A model generated the notes under the pieces. The model saw only the letters and a program-made list of their open reading frames with translations. It made no database searches and was not told the origin of the DNA. Source: a virus (taxonomy: Duplodnaviria > Caudoviricetes). From it: a stretch of 40,794 bases of DNA. This document shows positions 8,334-16,679 of the stretch, in pieces (position 1 is the stretch's first letter; every line of letters starts with the position of its first letter). Position numbers and translations under genes: made by a program. The DNA is taken from the IMG/VR virus record IMGVR_UViG_3300010048_000022, positions 1-40,794 of that record; one strand, given 5' to 3'.

Positions 8334-8524
8334 GCAACCTAGAAATCTACTCCGATGAGCACTGGCGCGAACTCATCTCAGTAATCATAACGCGCATCGG
8401 CATGGAGCCCTTCCTAGCAATCGTCTGCGACATAGTTGCCGCCGACCCCCAGCACCGCACTGACATCGACGCAGCCACTCGTGTCCTCACCCTCTCCCAA
8501 AAGGAGTCGCCTCCGTGTCTATAA
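8330..8524 (+). CDS. Hypothetical protein
   Basis: ATGA overlap, GGAG SD. Confidence 0.6.
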   Translation: MSNLEIYSDEHWRELISVIITRIGMEPFLAIVCDIVAADPQHRTDIDAATRVLTLSQKESPPCL

Positions 8525-9006
8525 CGCAGGCCCGCATGAAGGCCGTCCTCGAAGCCGCCGACGATTTCAAGTCTGCAGCTCTCACCCTCTGCGACGAAAT
8601 ATCCTACTTCTGCTCCTCGACTGATGAGTCGCGTTCCCCCGAGGAGCGCCTCGCCCTGATTGCCGAGCGCGTCAACTCCGCAACCTACTACATCTACAAG
8701 TACCTCAACGACCCGCGCCACATCGAGACCCTCTCTCTCGAGCGCGAGCGCCTTCGCTTCTCAGTGGCACGCAACGACCGCGACCGTCAGAAGCGCGGCC
8801 GCAGCCCCTTCACTCCCAACTCCGATACGCAAGGCCTATTCGGGGAAGGTGCAGGGCATCGCGGCTGGCGAGACCCGCACGCACCCACCGCCCCGCGCTA
8901 CAACCCCCTAGAGGACGCCTCGGCAGCCCTAGAGTTAGACACAATTCAGGACTTCACGGAGACCATTTCCGGATCTCCGCCCGAAGGAGAAGGAGAGAAA
9001 CAGTGA
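8515..9006 (+). CDS. Hypothetical protein
   Basis: GTG start with AAGGAG SD. Confidence 0.65.
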   Translation: MSITQARMKAVLEAADDFKSAALTLCDEISYFCSSTDESRSPEERLALIAERVNSATYYIYKYLNDPRHIETLSLERERLRFSVARNDRDRQKRGRSPFTPNSDTQGLFGEGAGHRGWRDPHAPTAPRYNPLEDASAALELDTIQDFTETISGSPPEGEGEKQ

Positions 9007-9236
9007 ATATAACCCAGAAAGATGCCATGAGGAGTGTCATCTCATCCCTCGAAAATCTCAAAGGAGACGTAGAGCCGATTTCTGAAGAACTCCGCGAAGA
9101 GTTCGATGCCCTCACCGAGAAAGCCCAGGAGTCCGAGAAGGGCCAAGCCCTGGAGTCGCAGGCCTCGGACCTCGAAGAGTCGCTCGATGAGTTCGATGCC
9201 CTCATCGAGAAGCTACGCAGCGCTACCAACCAATAG
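9003..9236 (+). CDS. Very acidic coiled-coil protein
   Basis: EELREEFDALTEKAQESEKGQALE; GTGA overlap; AGGAG SD. Confidence 0.7.
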   Translation: MNITQKDAMRSVISSLENLKGDVEPISEELREEFDALTEKAQESEKGQALESQASDLEESLDEFDALIEKLRSATNQ

Positions 9237-9302
9237 AGGGTTTGGAATGCCAGTGGACCTATGGTCCACTGGCATGACCAAACCCTAGGAAGGAACCCAA
9301 GC

Positions 9303-9620
9303 ATGGAACTCAACATTCACGGCGTCCGCTCCTTTGCCGTCAACTACATAAAGAGCGACGTCATACCCTACACCAGCCTCGCCATCACAATCCGCTGTCA
9401 CGACTTCAACAATCGTCCTATCGAGCGCGAAACCCTAATTCGCTTCTTCAGCGACGATCCGCAGACCCAGGACCTCCTCCACGACATCTTCCTTGCCTGC
9501 GCCAATACCATCGAGGCGGCCGAATGGCAGCGCGACGAACTGGCCAAGGCCGAGGCCGAGCGCCACGAAGGCGACATCATCGACTTCGCCTACGACCAAT
9601 ACAAAGGAGACTCAGAATGA
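9303..9620 (+). CDS. Hypothetical protein
   Basis: AAGGA SD, ATG 9303. Confidence 0.65.
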   Translation: MELNIHGVRSFAVNYIKSDVIPYTSLAITIRCHDFNNRPIERETLIRFFSDDPQTQDLLHDIFLACANTIEAAEWQRDELAKAEAERHEGDIIDFAYDQYKGDSE

Positions 9621-10051
9621 AAATCGGCTTTACCGGCACCCGCCACGGCATCACGCCAACTCAGCACTCACGCCTCGCTGCATTCCTCCAGTCCAGCGCT
9701 CCCATCGAGGAGGCGCATCACGGCTCCTGCGTTGGCGCAGACGAGGACTTCCACAACATCATTGTCTCCAACCATCCAGGCACCCTCATCTACATTCACC
9801 CACCAAGCAACCGTGCATACAGGGCCGACCTGACAGGCGACTACATGCACCCACCCCTCGCCTACATAGCGCGCAACCACAACATCGTAGACGCAACCGA
9901 CCTCCTAGTCGTATGCCCCTCCGACGTCGAGTCTCTTCGCTCAGGCACATGGGCCACAGTCCGCTACGCCCGAGGCGTCAAGCGCCCCCACATCCTCATC
10001 TGGCCCGACGGCAACATCGTCTCCAAAGACTACAGAAAGGAGCCCGCCTAA
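9617..10051 (+). CDS. SLOG-superfamily (DprA/Smf/YspA-like Rossmann) protein
   Basis: IGFTGTR, HHGSCVGAD, ARNHNIVD, SGTWATVRYA motifs. Confidence 0.75.
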   Translation: MKIGFTGTRHGITPTQHSRLAAFLQSSAPIEEAHHGSCVGADEDFHNIIVSNHPGTLIYIHPPSNRAYRADLTGDYMHPPLAYIARNHNIVDATDLLVVCPSDVESLRSGTWATVRYARGVKRPHILIWPDGNIVSKDYRKEPA

Positions 10052-10052
10052 C

Positions 10053-10211
10053 ATGGAAAAGAAAGTCCTCAAGCTCCTCGAAGCAATCGACGAGATCGTC
10101 TCCGACTCCTCGATGCCATACCGCGAGAAGCTCGCCCTCATCCTCGACACCTGCACAGATCGGGACCAGACCAACCTCGAAGAGTTCGTCTCCTGGTTCC
10201 CCGCAGAATAG
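10053..10211 (+). CDS. Small acidic protein (52 aa, not in ORF track)
   Basis: Read manually: MEKKVLKLLEAIDEIVSDSSMPYREKLALILDTCTDRDQTNLEEFVSWFPAE; AAGGAG SD. Confidence 0.7.
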   Translation: MEKKVLKLLEAIDEIVSDSSMPYREKLALILDTCTDRDQTNLEEFVSWFPAE

Positions 10212-10222
10212 GAGTCCGCCTA

Positions 10223-10672
10223 ATGCGCTTCATCCTCATCGATCCCACTCCCCGCACCGTCGGCTTCGTAGAGGCCGACGACATCCGCGCCATCAAATCT
10301 CCCTGCATAGAAACAATCTTCCGCGGCCCCTACGGCGCAGATCACGGCGTCCTAACCCACTTCAAAGACGGCACGGCGATCTGCCTCTTCGTGCGCGGCG
10401 ACGGCCTCCTCCACGGCAGCGGTCCCTACTTCGCCCTCCATCAGCAGCTAATGGCCGGGCCCTGCGTCCTCTACAGAGCCGACCGTCACGGAGTCACAAT
10501 TCCCATCGAGTCCAACCTCGAGGTCTCGCCCCTTTGGCTGCCCGACCCCGAGTCCGCAGAGACCGCCATACGCGCCGGCTTCTGCTATCGCCCCTATTCC
10601 GCAATCAACGGCGTCAAGCTCAATGAGTGGCGCTCCGGCACATGGATTGGCTTGCCAGAGGCAAGCCAATGA
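10223..10672 (+). CDS. Hypothetical protein
   Basis: AGGAG SD; MRFILIDP N-terminus typical of phage early proteins. Confidence 0.65.
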   Translation: MRFILIDPTPRTVGFVEADDIRAIKSPCIETIFRGPYGADHGVLTHFKDGTAICLFVRGDGLLHGSGPYFALHQQLMAGPCVLYRADRHGVTIPIESNLEVSPLWLPDPESAETAIRAGFCYRPYSAINGVKLNEWRSGTWIGLPEASQ

Positions 10673-11013
10673 AGAACCTCTACAAGCTCGACCAGTACCG
10701 CGAGCGCGAGGCCGAGTTAGCCTACTACGGCTGCAACGGCGACAGCACCTGCGGCATGTTCACTATTCGCGGCCTCCGAATCATTGCAGCCACAGGCGGC
10801 GGCTGGGATCACGTCTCCGTCTCCCATCGCGAGCGCATTCCCAGGTGGCACGAAATGTCCTACATCCACAGCCTCTTCTTTGAAGAGAACGAACTCACCT
10901 GGCAGTACCATATGCCAGTCGCCGACCACATCAACTGCCACCCCCACACTCTCCACATCTGGCGCAAATGGAACTTCGACATGCCAGTACCACCTAAGGA
11001 GTTCGTAGCATGA
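10669..11013 (+). CDS. Conserved phage His-rich protein (DUF7694-like)
   Basis: GWDHVSVS..RIPRWHEM..FF..QYH..HINCHPHTLHIWR. Confidence 0.7.
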   Translation: MKNLYKLDQYREREAELAYYGCNGDSTCGMFTIRGLRIIAATGGGWDHVSVSHRERIPRWHEMSYIHSLFFEENELTWQYHMPVADHINCHPHTLHIWRKWNFDMPVPPKEFVA

Positions 11014-11246
11014 GATTTCTATGCGAGTACGGCAACTGCAACTCCCACGACACCCGCATCACAGTCAGCACCGAGGGCAACCGCGCCCGCTTCTGCTGTG
11101 AGGAGCACGCGGCCCTGTGGATAATGCAGCGCCGCGGCCAGCGTCTCTCCCTCTCAATCATCATCCGCCTCCTTACCAAAGCCGAGGATGCCGACTGCCG
11201 CTCATACACCGAAGAGGAGTCCCCTCATGAAGTACAGAGACCCTGA
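11010..11246 (+). CDS. Small Cys-rich (Zn-binding) protein
   Basis: CEYGNC...FCCEEH; AAGGAG SD. Confidence 0.55.
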   Translation: MRFLCEYGNCNSHDTRITVSTEGNRARFCCEEHAALWIMQRRGQRLSLSIIIRLLTKAEDADCRSYTEEESPHEVQRP

Positions 11247-11580
11247 TCGCCAACGTCTCCTAAACCAGCGCCCCTGCTGGCGCGACTCTATGATCGCCCT
11301 CCCGCGCCTCGAGGTCGAGCCCACGGGTGACGAGGCCGAGTCCAATCTCCTCTATCTCCGTGTCTGCCACGGAGGCCGGGGCGTCTGGCTTGAGACCAAA
11401 ATCCACAAGCTCGACTTCCTCGCCATCGTCCACGATTGGGAGCTAGATCCCGAGGAGACATTTAAGCGCCTCTTCAAGCTCCCCGACTGGCCCAAGGGCT
11501 TCACCGACCCCCGCCTCGTAGAGGGCGGCCCTCCTAAAACCAAACTAGAAATGACAGAGCGAGCAGAGGATCTAATCTAG
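11227..11580 (+). CDS. Hypothetical protein (ends RAEDLI)
   Basis: GAGGAG SD; ATG 11227. Confidence 0.65.
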   Translation: MKYRDPDRQRLLNQRPCWRDSMIALPRLEVEPTGDEAESNLLYLRVCHGGRGVWLETKIHKLDFLAIVHDWELDPEETFKRLFKLPDWPKGFTDPRLVEGGPPKTKLEMTERAEDLI

Positions 11581-11900
11581 TGAAACACACCCCAAACAAC
11601 GTAGTGGCACTCACCATGAAAGCACGCCGCAAAGCCGCAAGCCCCGCTCCCAAAGGCCCCCTCAACCTCCAGCAGTCCTACAACTTCGTGGACAAGATCG
11701 AGGCCATCGACCTCCTTCGCACTTGGAAAGAGGAGGCTCACATGTCCCTCGCCGAACTCTCCCGCCAGAGCGGTGGCGTCTGCACCATCACTCTAAAGCG
11801 CTGGTTCGATGGCAAAGTACGCCGTCCTCAGCTCCCGACCCTGAACGCTGTAGGCCGAGCATTTGGCAAAGAACTCAAGTGGGTGGACATCAAGAAATGA
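11580..11900 (+). CDS. XRE-family HTH regulator
   Basis: MSLAELSRQSGGVCTITLKRWFDGKVRRPQLPTLNAVGRAFG. Confidence 0.75.
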   Translation: MKHTPNNVVALTMKARRKAASPAPKGPLNLQQSYNFVDKIEAIDLLRTWKEEAHMSLAELSRQSGGVCTITLKRWFDGKVRRPQLPTLNAVGRAFGKELKWVDIKK

Positions 11901-12205
11901 GCGCAGCTAAAGGAGGCCGAGGCCGAGGCTGGAACAAGGGCCGCACCTGGACCCCGGAGCAGCGTGCCCGCATTTCCGAGGGCATCAAACGCTACTACGC
12001 CGAGCGGCGCGAGAGGGAACGGGCACAAGTGCCAGTCCCCTCTAAACGGCTATCTGCAGACGTTCCCGGAGTGGTACGGGACGAGGTCCTCTCGCACATT
12101 GCGCTCGCCGTCGAACATCTCCGATGCCCCGTGACCGTCGAGGTAGTAAATGCGATCGCAGCGCTCTGCGTCGCAGTCAATCACGCTAAGGGAGGCTCCC
12201 ACTGA
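11897..12205 (+). CDS. NUMOD3-like DNA-binding motif protein
   Basis: WNKGRTWTPEQRARISEG; no nuclease domain seen. Confidence 0.55.
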   Translation: MSAAKGGRGRGWNKGRTWTPEQRARISEGIKRYYAERRERERAQVPVPSKRLSADVPGVVRDEVLSHIALAVEHLRCPVTVEVVNAIAALCVAVNHAKGGSH

Positions 12206-12354
12206 TCGCAGTCATCCTCCCCAGCCTCCTCGTAGGCTTCCTCACAGCCTTCGCCGCCCTCCACTATGGCGAGTTCAATATATGGCAAGCCATCTTCCTC
12301 GGCTGGATGGCCGGGCTGATCTTCGACATCTTCGTCTACCGCTTCATCTTCTGA
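12202..12354 (+). CDS. 50-aa two-TM membrane protein, CTG start (not in ORF track)
   Basis: (M)IAVILPSLLVGFLTAFAALHYGEFNIWQAIFLGWMAGLIFDIFVYRFIF; AAGGGAGG SD; CTGA overlap with upstream stop. Confidence 0.55.
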   Translation: MIAVILPSLLVGFLTAFAALHYGEFNIWQAIFLGWMAGLIFDIFVYRFIF

Positions 12355-12365
12355 AGGGAGTACGG

Positions 12366-12386
12366 CCCACCATTGGGCATCCCAAC
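12366..12386 (-). repeat. Dispersed 21-bp motif copy 3 (upstream of replication-module promoter)
   Basis: Reverse complement GTTGGGATGCCCAATGGTGGG. Confidence 0.85.
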
Positions 12387-12433
12387 ATAACATCTGGGCA
12401 TGGGTGGGCCTAAATTTTATATGGCCCACCCTA

Positions 12434-12462
12434 TTGACAATGTGGCGAGAATGTGCTAAGAG
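12434..12462 (+). promoter_or_regulatory. sigma70-type promoter of replication module
   Basis: TTGACA (12434-12439), 17 nt, (TGC)TAAGAG; preceded by GGGTGGGCC..GGCCCACCC hairpin. Confidence 0.6.
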
Positions 12463-12465
12463 TAC

Positions 12466-12867
12466 ATGATGCTCCTTTCCATTCGACACTACGAGTTCAC
12501 AGTAACCGAGCCGTACCACGCAGGAGACGCCCTGAGCGCGAACGATGCTGCAATCCTTAACCGGCTTCGGCACCTCAACATTCGGGAGGCATTCCTGCGG
12601 CGCATCCCCAAGCGCGGCCTCCTCCCTATCGACGACCTCCGCATCCTCCGCGAGCGCGTGACCGCCTACGACGCCGCCCTCAAGCTCCCCGCCCCGCCGC
12701 CTCTCAAGCCCGTCTGGACGCTCGACGAGGAGCTGCGCCTCCTCCGAGCCGAGAACTTCAACGGCGGCGACATCGAGGCCACAGCACGCCGACGCTATGC
12801 GGCCCGCCTCTCTGGAGTGCCAGGCCCCGTCTCCGATTACATCTGGGAGCCAAGCTCTGATGCCTAG
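12466..12867 (+). CDS. Hypothetical protein
   Basis: First ORF after promoter; no SD, possibly leaderless. Confidence 0.7.
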   Translation: MMLLSIRHYEFTVTEPYHAGDALSANDAAILNRLRHLNIREAFLRRIPKRGLLPIDDLRILRERVTAYDAALKLPAPPPLKPVWTLDEELRLLRAENFNGGDIEATARRRYAARLSGVPGPVSDYIWEPSSDA

Positions 12868-13105
12868 ACGCAGCATCTACCCGCAGAGCCGTCGCCACCT
12901 ATGGCTCTACGATGACGATTGGCGCTTCATCGAGCGCTTCATCGCCCAACAGTCGCGCCTATCGCCAGGCTCGTGGTGCCGCGAGGTAATTCACAAAGTA
13001 GTTCAGCAGATCCGCGAGGATCAAACAGCCCGCGTGGAGCTAGCTACGCCCGAGCCTCTCCTCGACTCCGTTGACATGGAACTCCCCGAGATCCCAAATG
13101 ACTGA
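12860..13105 (+). CDS. Putative ribbon-helix-helix DNA-binding protein
   Basis: RRHLWLYDDDWRFIERF..SPGSWCREVIHKVV; GGAG SD. Confidence 0.5.
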   Translation: MPRRSIYPQSRRHLWLYDDDWRFIERFIAQQSRLSPGSWCREVIHKVVQQIREDQTARVELATPEPLLDSVDMELPEIPND

Positions 13106-13334
13106 CACCAGCGCTGCCCTAACTGAGCCCTCGCCCGAGAGCATCTCGGAGCTATTCAATCGCGATCCCCTCTCCCTATCTTTGGTGGATCGCCGCCGCC
13201 TCATCGAAGAGCTGCGGGCTCAGGCCGCTCGCAATGCCGCCGCTGCTGCCGCGGGGGAGAAGCCAGGCCGCCCTTTAAAGTCATCCGACGGGCAGGTAGT
13301 CCGCATTTCGCAAAAGGCCGCAGACCTCCTATGA
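13098..13334 (+). CDS. Hypothetical protein (ends KAADLL)
   Basis: SISELFNRDPLSL..LIEELRAQ; overlaps both neighbours. Confidence 0.7.
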   Translation: MTDTSAALTEPSPESISELFNRDPLSLSLVDRRRLIEELRAQAARNAAAAAAGEKPGRPLKSSDGQVVRISQKAADLL

Positions 13335-14317
13335 ACAGCAACCTCGAACCAGTCGACAACTGGACCTTCAATCAGTCCTTCTCCTTTCAGCGGCCGCGCC
13401 TCCAGACGGCCCTCGACTCCACCTCGCTAGGCGAGTTCAAGACCTGCCCCCGCAAATACTACTACTCAATCCTCTGCGGCTATACCCTCGCTGGAGTCCA
13501 GATCGACCTAGAGTTCGGCTCGGCGGGCCACCGCCTCCAAGAGATCTACCACCTGGCTCGCGGCGCAAATGCCACCCACGAAGAGGCACTCGACTCCGTG
13601 GTGAACCACGCCCTAGTATCCACATGGGATCGGAAGTCTGGAGCGCCGTCGTGGGATGATGCCCAGAAGAACCGCCTCTCGCTAGTCCGCATGGCCGTCG
13701 AGTACTTCGATCACTACGAGAAGGAGGGCACCGGCCCCCGCACCGTCATCCTGGAGTCCGGCAAGCCCGCCGTCGAGCTAACTTTCGCATTCGACTCCGG
13801 CTACAGGGCCTCGACCAACGAGCCCATAATACTTTGCGGCCATCTCGACCGCCTCGTTCAATTCAATGAGGATATTTATGTCTCCGATCTTAAGACCACC
13901 CGCATTGCCCTTGGCACCTCTTACGCAGCTCGTTATACTCCAGATAATCAGTTCACTATGTATACTATTGCTGGGCGTGTTGCTCTGTCGGTCCCAGCAC
14001 GGGGAGTCCTCCTCGACGCGGTGCAGATCGGCGCAACATTCGTTCGCTTCGCCCGCTTCCCAATCCCTCGCCCCCAGCCAGTCCTTGACGAGTGGCTAAC
14101 CTCTCTCCCCTACTGGCTCAAGCAGATGGATGACTGCGCAGCTGCGGCCGAGAACATTCCGGCCGAGGAGGCCTACCCCCAAAATGACAAAGCCTGCCAG
14201 CTCTATGGCGGCTGCCAATTCCGCGATGTCTGTGCCCGCTCCCCCAGCACCCGCCAGCCCATCCTAAAAGCCAACTATAACAAGCGGCGATGGGACCCCG
14301 TAGGACAGCCCCGATGA
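13331..14317 (+). CDS. PD-(D/E)XK exonuclease (RecB/Cas4-like, Fe-S type)
   Basis: CPRKYYY, GHLDRL..VSDLKT, QFTMY, CQLYGGCQFRDVC. Confidence 0.85.
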   Translation: MNSNLEPVDNWTFNQSFSFQRPRLQTALDSTSLGEFKTCPRKYYYSILCGYTLAGVQIDLEFGSAGHRLQEIYHLARGANATHEEALDSVVNHALVSTWDRKSGAPSWDDAQKNRLSLVRMAVEYFDHYEKEGTGPRTVILESGKPAVELTFAFDSGYRASTNEPIILCGHLDRLVQFNEDIYVSDLKTTRIALGTSYAARYTPDNQFTMYTIAGRVALSVPARGVLLDAVQIGATFVRFARFPIPRPQPVLDEWLTSLPYWLKQMDDCAAAAENIPAEEAYPQNDKACQLYGGCQFRDVCARSPSTRQPILKANYNKRRWDPVGQPR

Positions 14318-14535
14318 CCACCATTACTCAAGCCTACGACCACCTCTCCAATATAGCCTCGGTCTCTATGGAGGAGGCATCGGACCTTGCCGCCTCTTAC
14401 ATGCGAGCCTTCAACATAATGATTGCCTCGTCATCGGACTCCGATGCAGCTTACAAAGCCAATCTCCGCCGCCTCTTCCTATCCCTCGAGACTGAAGGCC
14501 TCCAAGCCCGCAAGCACCATAGAGATTCCAAATGA
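14314..14535 (+). CDS. Hypothetical protein
   Basis: ATGA overlaps at both ends. Confidence 0.55.
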   Translation: MTTITQAYDHLSNIASVSMEEASDLAASYMRAFNIMIASSSDSDAAYKANLRRLFLSLETEGLQARKHHRDSK

Positions 14536-14744
14536 AGTTTCCAGGCCCCACAGGCAAGTTCCCTCTCGATAAACTCGACCCCAACGATGAGGGCGAGCTA
14601 GCAGTCGCCCTATCCACTGTGGGAGGCAAGGTCCGTATAGAATTCGGTACAAAGATCGCGTGGTTCGCAATGACTGCCGACCAGGCCATCGAGCTGGCTC
14701 ACATGATAATCCAGCGCGCCCACGCCATCAAGCGCGGGAACTAA
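14532..14744 (+). CDS. Hypothetical protein
   Basis: GKFP..DEGEL..VRIEFG..W pattern; coupled overlap. Confidence 0.7.
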   Translation: MKFPGPTGKFPLDKLDPNDEGELAVALSTVGGKVRIEFGTKIAWFAMTADQAIELAHMIIQRAHAIKRGN

Positions 14745-14795
14745 GTAACTCAAATTATCTTTAGGCCAGCTGGCCAATCAAGAGGAGAACGACGA

Positions 14796-15614
14796 ATGAC
14801 CGAAGCAAAGCCCCCTGATGCGCCTCCAGTCAAAATCCTACTTGTAGGAGACTCGGGCTCCGGCAAGACTGGCGCACTCGCCAGCCTCGCCCGTGCCGGA
14901 TACAACCTCCGCATTATGGACTTTGACAACGGCACCGAGATCCTTAAAAACCTCCTCGGTGAGGAGTTCTTTAAGCAGAAGGTGAGCGTGATGATCCTCC
15001 AGGATCATAGGGTCGCCAAAAAAGTCCCTGTCACAGTCGGCCAGCAAGTGATAGGCTACAATGTAAGAGCCATCCCCGCCAAAGCCTCTGCATGGCAGAA
15101 GGCTGTGGACAGCTTCTTTGGCTGGAAGCCGCCCGACGGCCCCGATCTCGGGAGCATTTACGATTGGACCTCCCGAGATGTGTTCGTCCTCGACTCCATT
15201 ACTCATGCGTGGCGCACCGCCCTCAGCTTCGTGCTCGCAATCAACAACCGCCCCGGTCAGCAGCCAACACAGCCCGAGTGGGGCACCGTGCAGGGCATGA
15301 TAATAGATGTGCTCTCCACCCTCTTCGACTCCGGCATCAAGTGCAATGTAGTGGTCTGCGCGCACATCGCCTACAACCAAGACCAGAACGAGATCATACG
15401 AGGTCTGCCATCCGGCCCTGGCCAGGCAATCAACAAAGACATTGGCACCTACTTCAATCACACGCTGCGGTGCGTGACAGTCGGCAAGCAGCATCGCATC
15501 CTGACGGAGACGGACGGCGTGGTCGAGCTAAAGACTGCCGCACCCGGCAAAGTGAAGCGGGACTACCCCATCGAGACTGGCCTCGCCGACTACTTCAAGG
15601 ACATCCGCTCATGA
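14796..15614 (+). CDS. Sak4/AAA_24-like P-loop ATPase (recombinase)
   Basis: LLVGDSGSGKT, MDFDNG, VLDSIT, VVVCAH; located between exonuclease and SSB. Confidence 0.8.
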   Translation: MTEAKPPDAPPVKILLVGDSGSGKTGALASLARAGYNLRIMDFDNGTEILKNLLGEEFFKQKVSVMILQDHRVAKKVPVTVGQQVIGYNVRAIPAKASAWQKAVDSFFGWKPPDGPDLGSIYDWTSRDVFVLDSITHAWRTALSFVLAINNRPGQQPTQPEWGTVQGMIIDVLSTLFDSGIKCNVVVCAHIAYNQDQNEIIRGLPSGPGQAINKDIGTYFNHTLRCVTVGKQHRILTETDGVVELKTAAPGKVKRDYPIETGLADYFKDIRS

Positions 15615-15835
15615 CCGAACATCGCTGGTCTGGTTGGCCGGGAGCGTGGTGCCTCGATTGCGGCTGTGAAGATCCGCACGAGATCGCTCTTGCCGATGGC
15701 AACTACATCGAGGTCGCCGACGACTCCGAGATGGGCTTCCACTTCGAGTTTCCCAATGTGGTCTCCGTCCCGTGCCCAGAGCCGGGCTCGAACCGCTTCA
15801 ATCCATATACGCAGGAGCCACGAAGTGACATCTGA
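15611..15835 (+). CDS. Small Cys-containing protein
   Basis: HRWSGWPGAWCLDCG; ATGA overlap. Confidence 0.6.
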   Translation: MTEHRWSGWPGAWCLDCGCEDPHEIALADGNYIEVADDSEMGFHFEFPNVVSVPCPEPGSNRFNPYTQEPRSDI

Positions 15836-16079
15836 CCAAGCTGATCAAGCACTCGATGCCATAAGAGAGGCCGAAGCCTCCCTTCTGGAGGCGAAACAGC
15901 AGCTCATTCGCAGGGTCGCCGAGCGCCCCTACAATGTGGACGCGATCTCGTTCGGAATTGGCTTCGCCCGCGGAGCCCTCTCCCGAGCGTCCGCGGTGCT
16001 GGGGATCAAATCCAACATAGCAGACATTCTGGATGGCCGCGAGGCCTCCCAAGAGTTTAACCCGCGAAGTGCGAGTTAA
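15825..16079 (+). CDS. Hypothetical protein
   Basis: GTG start, AGGAG SD. Confidence 0.55.
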   Translation: MTSDQADQALDAIREAEASLLEAKQQLIRRVAERPYNVDAISFGIGFARGALSRASAVLGIKSNIADILDGREASQEFNPRSAS

Positions 16080-16109
16080 AATGGGGCAGCTTGCCCAAGG
16101 AGAAGTAGA

Positions 16110-16538
16110 ATGGCAAATTTAGCAGAACTGATGAAGGGTCGCGTAGAGGATCTCGTCAAGGGTCCGAAGCCACTCCCAGTGGGAGACTATCCGGCCGTCC
16201 TTACCAAGTTCGAGCTGACACAGGCTCGCAACGAGGAGAAGACGCCGATCCTCCGCTGGACGGCGCGCATCCTCGATTGGCCCTCGGACATCGCTGAGGA
16301 GGATAAGGCGGGGATCGAGAAGATCGAGACCCGCACTATCTCCTGCGACTACTGGCTGCCGCTCGACTACAAGTTCGGGCGTCTGTGCCAGCAGTGCGGG
16401 CTGAAGGGCGAGATCACCGAGCAGACCAACTACGAGCTGACCGGCAAGCAGGTGCTCGCGGCGGTTCGCCACACAGTCTCAAAGAAGACTGGCGAGATCT
16501 TCGCAGCCGCGCAGTCCTTCATCGGCTCCGAAGCTTAA
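16110..16538 (+). CDS. Single-stranded DNA-binding protein (DUF669-like)
   Basis: PKPLPVGDYPAVL..LTGKQVLAAVRH; AAGGAG SD; follows Sak4-like gene. Confidence 0.65.
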   Translation: MANLAELMKGRVEDLVKGPKPLPVGDYPAVLTKFELTQARNEEKTPILRWTARILDWPSDIAEEDKAGIEKIETRTISCDYWLPLDYKFGRLCQQCGLKGEITEQTNYELTGKQVLAAVRHTVSKKTGEIFAAAQSFIGSEA

Positions 16539-16675
16539 TTTGACCGGCCAGTTGGCCGGTCAAATTAAAGGGGTGGTCAAAGCGAGCCCCCAAGCCTCAG
16601 CCACCCCCTAGAGCCTCTATCCCCGAGGCTCGGTTAGCCCAGGCCCCACAGCCTGGGCTATCTCCCCGAGGAGAC
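16535..16675. repeat. Perfect 16-bp inverted repeat plus hairpin cluster
   Basis: TTAATTTGACCGGCCA-GT-TGGCCGGTCAAATTAA (16535-16568), then GGGGTGG..CCACCCC, GAGCCTC..GAGGCTC, TAGCCCAGGC..GCCTGGGCTA. Confidence 0.8.
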
Positions 16676-16679
16676 GCCT

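Noticed and set aside
11897-12205. Homing endonuclease
   Set aside because: Only a NUMOD3-like motif; no HNH or GIY-YIG catalytic domain.
13331-14317. Cas4 / CRISPR system
   Set aside because: A standalone phage PD-(D/E)XK nuclease in a recombination module; no array or other cas genes.
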